Assembly: GCF_000143415.4 (NCBI RefSeq)
Contig: NW_003314264.1
Location: 2,923,710-2,987,709, forward strand
Reading direction: 5' to 3'
DNA length: 64,000 bases
From: Selaginella moellendorffii
Lineage: Eukaryota > Plantae > Lycopodiophyta
The notes beneath the pieces are model-generated. The model saw nothing but the letters and a program-made list of their open reading frames with translations, ran no database searches and was not told the origin of the DNA. A program made the translations under genes and the position numbers. Shown one piece after another: positions 1-12,203 of the stretch (its first letter is position 1; the number at the start of each line of letters is the position of its first letter).

Positions 1-349
1 AGCGAATGGTTTATGTGGATGGAGGTTTTAAGACGCCATTCAAGTGTGTTCTCAGAGGAGAGAATAAAATCGCGAGCTTTCCTACCAGAAGATCGACGCG
101 ATACAGACTGGTAACCGGAAAAACGCTGCCTGTGGCCGCCACCGTACCGTGGTCCCACGAGCGCATCGTACGGTTGTCGCCGTGGGAGCATATTCCGTCG
201 GTGCCGTGGCGGCGGCCCGGCGGAATGTGCCACGCGGCTGCGACGGAATATTTGTCCTCCTCCCTCCCCACGGTAAAATTACTTAGGGCACGAGGAAGCC
301 CGGGCAGAGGAGTGGCGTGATTGATTCAAAGCTGGCGTTCCACCAGGCA

Positions 350-1640
350 ATGTCGAGCCTGCTCGGCGATGGCATCGTGATTCCCTTGCAGCAGCCACCG
401 GCCATCGCTGTGGGCGGCGGCATTCTCGATGGAGGCGGCGGCGGTGGTGGTGGAGGAGGAGGAGCTGCGATGATGAGGGGCGGGCGGAGGAAGGAGGAGC
501 GGATCCCACAGTGGGGATTCCACGAGACGAAGGAATTCATTGCAATTAGGGCCGAGTTTGAGAGGGAGTTCACGCAGACCAAGCGCAACAAGACGCTGTG
601 GGAGCTCATTGCCGGGCGGATGAAGGACAAGGGCTTCCGCCGGAGCGCCGATCAGTGCAAGTGCAAGTGGAAGAACCTCGTCAATCGCTACAAGGTCGGT
701 TCCTCTCGTTTTCTCATCCATCTCTTGGGATTTGTTTTTCTCTTTCTCTTCCACTCGCGCCGCGTTTTAGGATTTCTTCTCTTCTTTGTTCTTCGATCTC
801 TTCCAGTGACGATCTTCTCTGGATCTTGTCAAGTGTTTCTTTGGTAGTCTTCTTCGACCGTTCTAGTCTTCTTCGATCTCCCTTCTCGAGTTTTAAGGTT
901 CTTCGATTTTGTCTCGCTTCGTTGCCAACTTCTCGGATCTTAAAAACCACTCTTTGCTGCAGGGAAAGGAGATATCCGAGCCCGACAATGGGAGGCAATG
1001 CCCGTTCTACGAGGAGCTCGACGCCATCTTCAAGGAGCGGTCCAAGAGCATGCTCATGCTCGAGTCCGACGGCTTGAGGCCCAAGAAGCGTCTCAAGAAG
1101 CTCAAAGGCCTGCTGTCCGACGAGGAAACCGACGACGAAGATGACGATGAAGAGAGCGACGACGACAACAGGAACTTGCAGCAGCTCCAGCCATTCCAGC
1201 ACCACCATCAAGAGCAGCAGCAGCAGCAACAACATCAGCTCCAGCAGCAAATCCAAGTAGCAGCAGCAAGCCAGTCGCAGCAGCAGCAGCAGCAACAGCA
1301 GCGGCCGCGGAAGCGCAAAGTTGACAAGGACAGGCAGCGAGCCACCGCCGAGAAGTCGAGGGCGAGCAGCATGCAAGAGGTGCTGGAGGAGTTTTTCCAG
1401 CAGCAGCAGCGCAACGAGGAGCAGTGGCGGGTGTCGCTGGAGCAGCGGGAGATGGAGAGGCGAGCCCGCGAGCACGAGTGGCGGGAGTGCATGGAGAAGC
1501 TGGAGCAGGAGCGCGCGCTGCGGGAGCAGGCGTGGTGGGAACGCGAAGAACAGCGGCGACTGCGGGACGAGGTACGGTCCCGGAAGCGAGACGAGCTGGT
1601 CGAAGCTGTGCTGAGAAAGGTGATACGCGACGACTGCTGA
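350..1640 (+). CDS. Trihelix transcription factor (GT-1/GT-3 clade, single Myb/SANT-like domain, polyQ tract, coiled-coil C-terminus); exons 350-694 and 963-1640
   Basis: PQWGFHETKEFIAIRAEFEREFTQTKRNKTLWELIAGRMKDKGFRRSADQCKCKWKNLVNRYK joins in frame via a GT-AG intron (695-962) to GKEISEPDNGRQCPFYEELDAIF. Ends with a WRECMEKLEQER coiled coil. Confidence 0.93.
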
Positions 1641-1928
1641 TCCCGGACTTCTCTGTATTTTTTTCCTCTGCTGAAAGAGCTGTAACTTCTTCGAGCCCCA
1701 CTTGACGAGAGACTTCCATGCTATAGCTTCGCTTTCTTTCTTCGGGGTCGGAGGGAGCCACGGATACTTTTTGACTCCGCCCGAAAAGATATGCTTCCCT
1801 GACAGATTTTTCCGCGTTGGTGACCTGCGATGAGTTGTTCCAGCTCAAGCCCGCATGTATAGACTTTTGCAATGTACGAAGAACAGGAGAAAAGATAGAA
1901 AAAAATACCTTTTCTGCTTTGAGAAAGG

Positions 1929-3282
1929 TCAGTCGTCCGCTTGTAGCCTGTCTGCCAGTACCGCGAACAGCTTGTCCCATTTCTGTGCACGAATCTCCTC
2001 GCGAGCGCGGCGCTGCTCCTCGCGGTCCCTCCAGGCCGCCTCTCTTGCCATCCGCTGCTGCTGTAGCTTCTCCATTCCACTCATCCACTCGTGCTCCCGC
2101 TGCTGCCACTCTCGCTGCTTTCTCTGTAGCAACTCCTGCCACCGCCTCTCCACGGCTTGCTGCTTGGCGATGAAGTCGGACAGCACCTGATGCATCCCAT
2201 CCGTTCTCCGTTTCTTCCTCGGAAATTCTACCACCTCCGCACTGTCGGCGTCCTCGCTCAGCTGGTCTGAGTCCGCTTGGTTCTCCTCGAGAGATTCCTT
2301 TGGTCCCTTCTCTGCTGTCTCGGTCCTCTGTAGCCTCGCCTTGAACAGCTCGTCCATGTCCGGAAAGAAGAGGAACTTCCGCCCGTGCTCCAAACCGGTC
2401 GTTCTTTTCTCCTGGAATTGCGAGCATAAGTTTGCGAAGCGCAGCACATACCTGCATACTCTCACTCACCTTATAACGACTGACTAGCTTCTTCCACTTG
2501 CGCTTGCATTGCTCGCTGGTTCTCGCGTAGCCTCTTTCTCTCATCTTCCCCGCGATCCGATCCCACCAATTCTTCTGAGAAGAAAGCGATGGATCCTCCT
2601 CCATGCCCGCTCTGATGGAAATGAAGTCCTTGGTCTCGGTGTGTCCCCAGCGAGGCATGCGTTCTTCCACGGCCTCTTGCTTACACTGGGTCGATGCCTC
2701 AGCGCTGGAGGAGAGAGCTGGATGGTGCTCCTCATCGTCCAGACCTGTATCTCCATTTTTTTCCTTCGCCATCATTCCTTCTTGCCACAGCCACCCCGGA
2801 GGCACGCAAGGCATTCGATGGAACATATCCTCCAAGACCTGTTGGACGTCTCTCTCGGCCTCGCTCTCACCGTCTTCGTGACTGTCGATGCTCACGGATT
2901 CCTCCTCGGAAATCGTGAAAACCATAGCCTCTTTTCCGCGTGACTTAAATATGGCGTCGATTTCCTCAAACAGGGAAGCATTTCCTTCTTGCAATCCTTT
3001 CTCCTACACTGAAAAGAAATCCTCTAAGAACGATCAATCCATCGCGAGATTCCTAGAGCTAGAGATATAACTGACCTCGTACCGCGACACCAGCGCCCTC
3101 CACTCGCGCTCGCATTCGCGGCCGCTGCACTGGAAGCTCATCCGCGACGCCACCAGATCCCAGAGCCTGGCCTCGCGCATCGCATTCCCTTCGCTGGCGG
3201 CGAAATCGTAATCTAGCTGCGCCCTCGCGCAGAGCAGCTGTCTGGAATTTGCCACGCCCCAGCCAGGAGCCATCGCCATCAC
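1929..3282 (-). CDS. Trihelix transcription factor with two trihelix domains; exons 3282-3076, 3003-2470, 2411-1929
   Basis: Domain 1 is divergent (WGVANSRQLL...LWDLVASRM...SGRECEREWRALVSRYE). Domain 2 is PRWGHTETKDFISIRA...WDRIAGKMRERGYARTSEQCKRKWKKLVSRYK. Both GT-AG introns are phase 0, and a coiled-coil tail follows. Confidence 0.88.
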
Positions 3283-3390
3283 GAGGAGCCCTAAATTCCT
3301 GGCCCGTTAGAGAGAATATCCACGTATGTAAATCCTTGCATCGAGAAAATTCTTTGGCGGCGTGGGCCTAGCGATGCTCTGGAAAGCGCC

Positions 3391-6300
3391 ATGGCTATGG
3401 CGCTCGAGGCGCAATGCACGGCATTGATCAATCTGCGGCAGCGCTCTTCAATCTGGAGCGCGAAGGCATCGCAATATCGCCCCAGGAGCGCGCTGCGATG
3501 TTGCGGCCCTGTGGTTTTCGTCCAAGGGATTCAGCTGGAACACATCAAGTCCTGGATCCAAGATAGGTTTGAGCATCGCAAGCGCTTGATCGGGATCGAT
3601 GACGCTGAGGAATCCGGCGGCACGATCGTCCTCGACCTCGACCTCGCGGTGATGCTGGCTGGATTTGCATTCGAGTCCTACAATTCTCCTCCTGTAAGCT
3701 TGCGAGTTCTTTGTTCTTTCTCTTGCTCCTTTCGATTTTTCTTTTCTCCTTTGTAAGCTTGCGAATTTGTTTTTCTCTTGCTCCTTTGTAAGCTTGCAAG
3801 TATATGTTCTCTCCTGTTCTAACTTGAACTTCTCGGCACCGTTCTTCCAGCCAAACGTTGGGATTCGCGAGACGGATGGACAGAGCTGCGAGACTACTTA
3901 CATGTCCGAGTACGTAACTTATGGAATTGTTCTTGGACGTTTCTTCATTTGAGCTGTGTGATGCAGTGGTCTCATCCGTGAACTGTATCAAGGACAACTT
4001 ACGGTTAAACTGGAAAAAGGTGTCAATCTTCCAGGGCTTGATCTTTGGGTATGGTGTACTTGGGTGTTCTTTTTGATCGACAATGAAAGTGCAGGGAACA
4101 AGTGATCCTTACGTGTGGCTTCGAATAGGAAATTGTGCTAAGCAGAGCAAAACGGCATGGGCGTAAGTGAAAACTTCTTCGAAATATTGTTAAGTATGTT
4201 TGTCCGCGCAGAACAAAAGACCCTGTTTGGAATGAAACACTCGTTCTAAATGTTGCTGATCCTTTGACGCAATCCTTGAAGGTGGAATTTTCAAAAACGA
4301 TGTCGGCTAATGTTGCAGCTTATTCGCAGGTTGCTGTGTGGGATGCTAATATTCTAAGCGTGCACAAACGATTAGGAAACTATGAAGTTGAGCTCAGCAC
4401 TTTGTGTGATGGTAGGAGTCATTCTACTGTTTCTCTTTTTGTTTTGTAATGCGTAATGCGTGCAGGAACGGCTCATGACATCGAAATGCAATTGGAAGGC
4501 ATGGGAGGTGGCGGGTCACTTTATCTCAAGGTCAGATGTTTCTTTCTCGAATTAGTGCCTGACTATTGAATATATATATATCCAGGTCCAGTACAAGAGT
4601 TTTGCTGATATAGATGGAGAGAATAGCGTGTGGGAAGTTCCTTTTCTGTCCGACTTGATCAAAGGAGGCATCGGAAACGTTTTGACGTCGGTCCTTGGCC
4701 CGGACGGGATAAAGGTCCAGGACTTCGTAGGCTCAACGATCGGGTCGTTACACCTCTTGCCTTCTACATCAGCTGCTAATGAAACAGACCAAGAAGCATC
4801 ATCCAACGGGGCAGACTTGATCAACAGCGTAGCAAATGCTATGAAGAACTGCCTGGGGGGTTTTGACTTGCACCCTTCAAGTCTCTGGAATTTTCATGGT
4901 GAAGACCATGACACGTTGAAGGAGTCGGGATTAGAGCTGCAGGCTAGAGCTGAAGCGCACTACTTAGAGAAACGTTTAGTTCATCCGAGCAGTGAGGAGT
5001 CCGAAAGTATCGCAGAGGCGGTCCTTCCCGAGGTTAAGGAGACGTTGCTGAACATCTCAGGACGTGTGGAGGAAACTCTCGGTTCATTGTTGATGCTGGC
5101 TATGGGACGAAGTGCTGGAAGTGATAAGGCAAATGATGCCGCAGAAGTCATTCAGAATTCGCCTCTACTAGATGTTTCTCAACGCGAACAAATGCGAGAG
5201 ATGTTCAAACGAGCAGAGACCGCGATGGAAGCTTGGGCAATCTTGTCGACGTCGCTCGGGCGGACGAGTTTTGTCAGATCCGAATTCGAGAAGATCTGCT
5301 TCCTAGAAAGCAAGAACACAGACACGCAGGCAAGCCTCTGTTGAACTTGAACAGAAGCGTAACTTTCTGTACAGGTTGCAGTATGGCGTGATCTTCGTGG
5401 CAAAAGACTCGTCGTAGCTTTCCGCGGGACTGAGCAGGTTTTTCTTTCATTAAGTCGCTGTCTATCAACTTTATTCCTTTGCAGGATAAGTGGAGAGACT
5501 TGGCAACAGATCTGATGCTAGCCCCCACCGGGTGAGCTCATTTTCTTTCTCCTTTACGGAAGTGCCTGGATTGATGGTCCTTCCTGCAGCTTTAATCCAG
5601 AACGTGTTGCTGATGGTGGTTCGGACGATGAGATAATGGTAAGGTGGCTGTATTTTATAGAACAAGGCTTCATCTTTTCTACAACAGGTGCATAGTGGTT
5701 TTTTAACAGCCTACGATTCTGTCAGGCATCGGCTTTTGTCTATTATCAAGGCATCCATCACTAGCAGGTTTTCTGCAAGCTTCATCCTTAAGTGTTACCT
5801 CTTGTGTTGCGCAGGAATGACGAAGCTGGTGATGCAGAGCTATCAAAATGGCATATTTATATCACCGGGCATAGCCTGGGTGGCGCTCTGGCAACACTTT
5901 TGGCGATGGATCTTTCTAAGACGATGTTCAAGTACTTCTTATCGTTTTTATTCATGGAAACTCATATCCGGTCTTCGTTTTTATGGTATACATCAGACAC
6001 AAGGGAGTGAATCTCTCAATGTACAACTTCGGTTCTCCACGGGTGGGAAACAGAGCATTCGCTGACCAGTATAACAAGGTGCGTCACAGCTTGGTACTGT
6101 AAACTCAATCACTTGGAACTCGAAATCCTACCAGGTTATCAAGGATAGCTGGCGCATTGTCAACCATCGTGATATTATTCCCACTGTGCCTCGACTCATG
6201 GGTTACTGCCATGTTGCTCAGGCAATCTACTTGTCCAGTTTAGAGGTAGACGCATTCTTCCATCTTGAAAACTACAAAACTTAAAGTTTGATTGTTTTCA

Positions 6301-6631
6301 CAGAAGACAAGCGAGCTCGAGGAGGATGTCATTGGAGAAGCCACACCCGGTGGAATCGTAGGAGAGTTCGTAAGCAACTATCGTTTTTCTCAACTTTGCC
6401 TGAAAGGTTTTCACTTGATCCAGCTGAAAGGAGAGAAGCAGCTAATCAACAAGCTCATCCAGACCGAGATTGCAATGCTAAGAACTCTCAGGGATGGAAC
6501 CGCCCTGATGCAACACATGGAAGATTTCTACTACATTTCACTGCTGGAGGTATAAATTTTCTTGGTTCTCGTTATGTATACTAAACTGGTCATATATCTT
6601 AGAGGGCTCGAAGTGCCGGTACAAATTGTAA
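3391..6631 (+). CDS. C2-domain + class 3 lipase (At4g13550/HIL1-like, probably plastid-targeted), multi-exon
   Basis: DLDLAVMLAGFAFESYNSP; C2 segments (GTSDPYV, KDPVWNE, VAVWDAN); VVAFRGTEQ; VHSGFLTAYDSV; catalytic ITGHSLGGALATL; MYNFGSPRVGN; LMQHMEDFYYISLLE. The last exon is ambiguous (stop at 6631 or 6689). Confidence 0.88.
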
Positions 6632-6776
6632 TGTCACTGAGATTTGTGCCGCTCTCTCCACGAACCAGGAGGATACCAAAGCCGTGTAGCTGAACAACAT
6701 CAGGAGCTCTTGTCCTGTGCGTTACAGCCTTGTAAAATATTACTCCCGCGAAAAATGTAAGTTCTCTTGAGAGATG

Positions 6777-8380
6777 CTATACTTGTTGAGCAGTGTCCGT
6801 TTTGCCTTGTAGTTCCACACTCTCTGGCTCTTTGACCGCTTGTTTCGTTCGATCAGTCGCTCCAGCGTACGACTTGTAGTACAGCGATCCAAACACCAAA
6901 AGCTGGACTCGAAAAAGTAAGAAGTAAATAAAAGGCTCTGCCGATAACGAAAAAAGGCTGACTTACCGTGCCTAACCATTGCTTCCAGCTCAAGGGATGA
7001 GCAAACCACAAGCACGATAACAAGATGCTCACCAGCTGCAAGGGAGGAAGAATGATTTCATAGAGATCATTAAATGTGAGATAGTGCACCTGTCTGGTGG
7101 TCATGATAATGGCAAACGTGAGCGCTCCAAACGTCTTAATGGTGTGATTAATGAAGAACTGGCTGGCGGTGGCCGCCTGTCAAAGGAGACCAAAAGTCTA
7201 GACGTGAAAGAGCGGTAACATACCAAAGACAGAAGGAAAACATGGAAGAAGCAATCCCTGTGGCGGCTAATAAAGGAAAGAGCTGGGAACAAGTTTCCTT
7301 GGGTCAAGAGTCCTGCATTTCCACCACACCACTTTAGTCTAAGCGAAATGCGTGGAAAAGCAAGCATTTACCAAAAGTACTCAGAGCACAGGAGCATAGC
7401 GTCACGTACAAAATCTGGTTGAACACTTCCATACTATAGCCTTTGAAAAGCTTGTCCTGGAATGTGCTTGTAAACCCGTCAAAACTGCACATCACGAACG
7501 AACGAACTTGGTAACCTGAAATGCGCATTAGCGGCAGTACCCCAAATAGCCGGCCATGAGAGCGAGTCCCCAGATAGAATTCTCTCCTCCACTCAAGCTT
7601 TTCGTTTGAGCCCCTTCCTGGAAAAGAAAAACCCGATCAGAGCAACGATCTCGGGAGGAGAAAAGAGAGCTCATACACCATACAGGAGAAAGACTGCGGC
7701 ACCTGCTGTGATGCAAAGCGCCAGCAAGTAATCCCGCAACCCGTATCTCTTTTGCATGATCAAAGTTCCCCAAATCTGTGAAACAGCTAAAAGAAGCAAC
7801 TCATCCAGAGTTAAAAAAAAGAAGGATCACTTACCATCACAGGGATCATCTTGGCAGACTTTCCCAGCGTTTGCACAGGAAAGCTGACGTACTTCAAAGC
7901 CTGGACAAAGGAAAACTTTAAAAAGTCCCGAGAACCAAGTGAAGAGCGCCACACAAACCTCATACTGGCAAGTGGTTGCCAAAATATTTGACAAGGAGAC
8001 ACCGCCATACTTGTAAATCGGGGCAACGGGAGAGAGATCCTTCTTAAGAACCTACAGCCAAAGCGATGAAAACTCTCTCCTCTGAGAAGAAAAAAATCCC
8101 GATCGATGTTCCTCACCAGCATTACGGTTATCGCGAAGGCGCACGTCAAAATCCGGTTGCAAAAGACGAGAAAAAGCGAGTACTGGAAGAATTCGCCGCT
8201 GGAGCCGTAGGGAACCCGGATTATCCTCTCCTGCGATAAATTTCCAAGGGAGGCGTCTCAGTGGAGATGGATCTAGCAGCGCACTACCTGCATCACGCCA
8301 TAGACGAGCAGCGTGGCCATGATGCACACGACGCAAGCCGCCAGCTCCATCCATCGCCTTCGAAACAACACAAGCTCCAT
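6777..8380 (-). CDS. UDP-galactose/UDP-glucose transporter 5-like (UAA/SLC35B nucleotide-sugar transporter), multi-exon
   Basis: ALKYVSFPVQTLGKSAKMIPVM; FDGFTSTFQDKLFKGYSM; IMTTRQ|LVSILLSCLWFAHPLSWKQW. The first exon reads MELVLFRRRWMELAACVVCIMATLLVYGVMQ and the TAG stop is at 6779-6777. Confidence 0.88.
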
Positions 8381-8802
8381 TTGCGCCCAAAACCCTAAAA
8401 TCCAAACGATGATGACGTCGGAAAGGATATATTTGTCGTCGTATAAAAAATAGCTCTAAGGGTAACTTAAGTTGGCACGATATCTTCCTACAAACCTAAA
8501 AAAGTTGAAAAATATTCTGGACAAGAACAAGACCTCTTTGCGAATATACATTTCCCTCTCTTTCGTCAGTAGTGGCAGTGCACCAAACTCTCTTCACTCT
8601 TTTTCTTTTTTCTTTGGCTTTTCAGTGTTGGAAGTACGATCGATCGATCGATTCATCGCTCAGAAGAAGGCGTAACTTGCCTGCAAAAAAACTTTTAGAA
8701 CCTGCTCACCTTTTTGTGTTTTTTTCTTCTTTTTTTCGTTTTCGATGTAGGTACTGATCTATTTGGTTGTCGATACTTCTTTCCATTCCACCAGTTAGAA
8801 GA

Positions 8803-10290
8803 TCACTTTCCCTGCAGTACCTTGCCAGGATCCAATTGACCGCTGCAGTAGCTCGAAGGAACAGCCGAGAGTTCTTGACGGCCCCTCCATTCCTCGCCCG
8901 GTTTGAGAGTTATGGGAGTCTCGATGACCGCGGGTTCCACGCAAACCATGTGTAAGTACTCGTCGTCGCCAAAGTCCGACATAGCTTTCGCCTTCTTGTC
9001 CCAAGGATTCCACACAACTGCACCAGAGAGTTACGGGCGCTTGTTAGCTGTTCCTTGTCCCAGTAGATCATAACTAAAGAAAGATCTACAAGAAATCTAA
9101 AAGAATGATAAATGAAATGCGCACCTGCATCGGGAAAGCCTTCCTTCTTCACCACAATAGTTCTCTTCTTCTCGTGATCGACTATAGCGATTTTCGTCGG
9201 AGCTCCCAAGTAAACTTTGTCCACCTATAAACAAAACATTTAGTCGACGGAAACAAGAGCCTCAAGATGCAAAGATGTGGTACCTCGCCGTCAAAAGTGA
9301 TGGAATCCCCTTGCTCGGTGAAGCGTTTCCGTTGTTGCAAGTTGTCCATATATTCCAGTGTTTCCAGCCCTTCGATGCGTACTTCACTGGAATTACATTA
9401 CGGTTTAGAAGTCTTTAACTAGACAAGACCTCACTTGATGTCAGAAACGGAAAAGTATGTATGGAGAGCAATTGTGAAGCTGAAAGATTTGTTGTCCGTG
9501 TTGGTGTTTCTGACGCGGATAGTTTGAGCCAAATCTCCCCCGCGTTTTAGAGTAACACGCATTCTCACTTCAAAGCTGTTGACACACACACATACGTTTG
9601 TTTGAGTCGACAGCTCTCGACAAAAGACAAATAGAATAAAGCGGACTTTTTGAGTACCTGTGCGGCCAAGCATCTTCGCTGGATTTAAGGATAAGATCGA
9701 CTGTACTGTTTTTGTTGCTGCTACAGCTCCCGCTACCGCTCGAGTTTAGAATGGGAGGCGGATCCGTGTCGATTGCCCATACTCTGTTCCTCGCGAAACC
9801 ATGCTGCTCCAGCGTTCCCAAGTTTGAGAACTACAAACAAATTATAGGAGAAAACGTTTAGAGCAACTTATTACAAATCAAGCACAAACCTGTGGAAAGC
9901 AAACGGGGATTCCACCACGAATGGCCTTTGGTGGCTTAAAAATCGCCTGCACCGACCGAAGAAGCTTTTCAGAAGTCCCGCAGCACCTTTGTGTAAAGAA
10001 TGAAAAAAAAAACAGAAAAGAAAAGAAACCTTGCTACTTAAAAACAGGAGTTCTTCACCCCGTTCGTTTTTCCATGATGTCACCTGACCTCCATAGAGAT
10101 GGACCTGTGCAAACAGTGATGAGACCCAGCAGCAAACGCAAACACTCCCAAAGAAAATCGAAGGAAGAAAATTAAAACAGAGAACCTCTCCTACAAGAAG
10201 AATGGAACTAACCTGAGCAGTAGCGCCCAGTGGTTCGCGAAGAACGACTTTGTCCATGCCAGCCGCATCCTTGACCAGGGATGTTGTCAT
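8803..10290 (-). CDS. Putative glucose-6-phosphate 1-epimerase (aldose 1-epimerase family), multi-exon
   Basis: VHLYGGQVTSWKNERGEELLFLSSK; QHGFARNRVW; FTIALHTYFSVSDI; VWNPWDKKAKAMSDFGDDEYLHMVCVE. Confidence 0.93.
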
Positions 10291-11141
10291 CGCAACAAGA
10301 TCATCGATTCAATGCAGCCTTGAAAAATCGAGAAAGAGGAGAAGAGGGAAAGAACAAAGAAACCAAGAAATATTTCAACCTAGGAAGCGATTATGGCGTG
10401 GGAAAAATATACCTGTCGATCGCTAGCGCCAGGCAGAGAAAGAGCGCCGATTCTTCGTCAAGGACGCGCTCCCATCAATCGACCAATGGGATGGATCAAT
10501 TTACGAAGCAATCAATCCCCTCTCCGGCTTTGCTGCGTCAATTTCCTGCTGCTGCAGCGCGTCGCCAGAGGGAATCCGATCGGATTCGCGATTACCTAGA
10601 GCGCGCGCGCGCGCGGCTTGGCCGATCGATCGCAACAAGAAAATAGAGGCGATGGCGCACAGCTCCGGGCCAGGCAGGGCTGCCAGAAGAGAGGAAAAAC
10701 GCGAGCGCGCACAAAACACACACACGCGCACAGGGAGGAAAAGGCTGGCAGGGAAGCATTTTAGATTTGGGCTGTATCGACGCATCTGGCCCGTAGGGTG
10801 CCTTCGCATCCGGCGGGCGGAGAACTCCCACGCGGCGGGATTTCGAAAGGGACGCATCCAACGGCCAGCTTCAGTTGGATTGATTGACCCGTGCATGTCA
10901 AAGGCCAAATATTCATTTGCGAGATCTTTGCTAAGTGGATGGAGATTTTCTTGTGGTTGTTGTTTCTGCCATTTGGAAAAAAAAATCACTGGAAAAGTAA
11001 AAAAAGGAGGAGTAGGAGGTACTTTTTGTCTTGAGAGTGGGGATAAATTTTCTATGGTGTTGGATCATCATTCTAGAAGCTTGGTGGGATAATTTTTATA
11101 AAAGCTGGGACAGGTTATTTCGTTAATCTTTTGCAACCTAA

Positions 11142-11214
11142 GGGAGTGTAGCTCAGATGGTAGAGCGATCGCTTCGCATGCGATAGGTAAGGGGATCGAT
11201 GCCCCTCACCTCCA
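11142..11214 (+). tRNA. tRNA-Ala(CGC)
   Basis: 73-nt cloverleaf: acceptor GGGAGTG/CACCTCC with the G3:U70 Ala determinant, D-arm GCTC..GAGC, anticodon arm ATCGC-TTCGCAT-GCGAT, T-arm AGGGG-ATCGATG-CCCCT, discriminator A. A T-rich Pol III terminator follows. Confidence 0.96.
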
Positions 11215-11278
11215 TTTCTTTTTCGCATAGATTGACCATTGACCACTTGACCGTTTTTTAGGGCTCTTGTTTTAAGCT

Positions 11279-11964
11279 ATGGCGCTTTGGAGGAGAAGCT
11301 CGCGGCTCAACGCCTCGGCGACGCCCATTCTCCAGCAACGGCGCAATGCGGTGAGCGCTCCCCTCTCTCCCCGATCGCATTCTCAGCGCAAGAGATTCTC
11401 ACAGCTTGATCGCCGCCGCTGCCGCAGCAAATCCTCTTCCCCGACATGGACGTGGATCCGCCCTACGGTGGCTGCGCGATCGACACGCAGCTGGAGCGGC
11501 GCCTCGATCGCTTGGCCAGGGAGAAGGAGAGGATCGCCAGGGATTACGCCAGATCCGCCGCGCAGGGCACTCGAATGTCCTTCCGGCGTGAGTCCGACAA
11601 GTACATGAGGCCTTATTTTTTGATCATCGACTTCCCCAAGCGATCCATCCACGCCAAGATCGTCCACAGTGCGCAGCACACGACGGTGGCATCCGTGGGC
11701 ACCAATTCCCGGGATTTGAAGGCGTTCCTGCCGGACAAGACCGATCTGGCGGCGTGCCGCTTCACGGGCGAGCTCCTGGCTCGCCGCGCCAAGGAGGCGG
11801 ATTGCTACGCTGTGGCCTTCAGTGGATCGCGGGTGGAGGGGAGGCTGGCAGTGGTGATCGACTCGCTGGTGGACTGTGGGATCAGTGTCTACCGCATGGA
11901 TCGAGAGATTTTGCTGAGCAGAGAGCCCGAGGTGGGTAAAAATTCTTCTTTTAGTTCTAGGTAG
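11279..11964 (+). CDS. uL18-like protein (organellar ribosomal L18 family, uL18-L1-like); probable exons 11279-11350 and 11428-11964
   Basis: RPYFLIIDFPKRSIHAKIVH...VASVGTNSRDLKAFL...ACRFTGELLARRAKEADCYAV...EGRLAVVIDSLVDCGI. The first exon is Arg-rich and presequence-like, with a GTGAG donor. Only the CAG acceptor at 11425-11427 restores frame. Confidence 0.82.
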
Positions 11965-12203
11965 GATTAAAAAGTAGCAAGTGCTCTTTGCGAGATTTTC
12001 CTCCATACTGGTACGTAAACTTGAAAGTTTCGATCGTCCTACTTTACTTGGTGTTTCTCATAACAGGACCGATCGCTCCTCGAGCTCCCAGTTTCTCGCC
12101 CAAGTGTTCTTGATCAAGCAATCAGATGGGTGCTCTACTTTCTAACTTGATGATCTTGATCCCAGCTTTTGATAAAGGAAAGCTTTCGCAGCTCAATCGA
12201 TCG

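Noticed and set aside
225-320. Possible uORF before the trihelix gene
   Set aside because: The TSS is unknown and there is no conservation evidence within the window.
1102-2994. 630-aa minus-strand ORF as a single protein
   Set aside because: Only 3003-2470 is a real exon. The rest is intron read-through and antisense to the GC-rich plus-strand trihelix gene.
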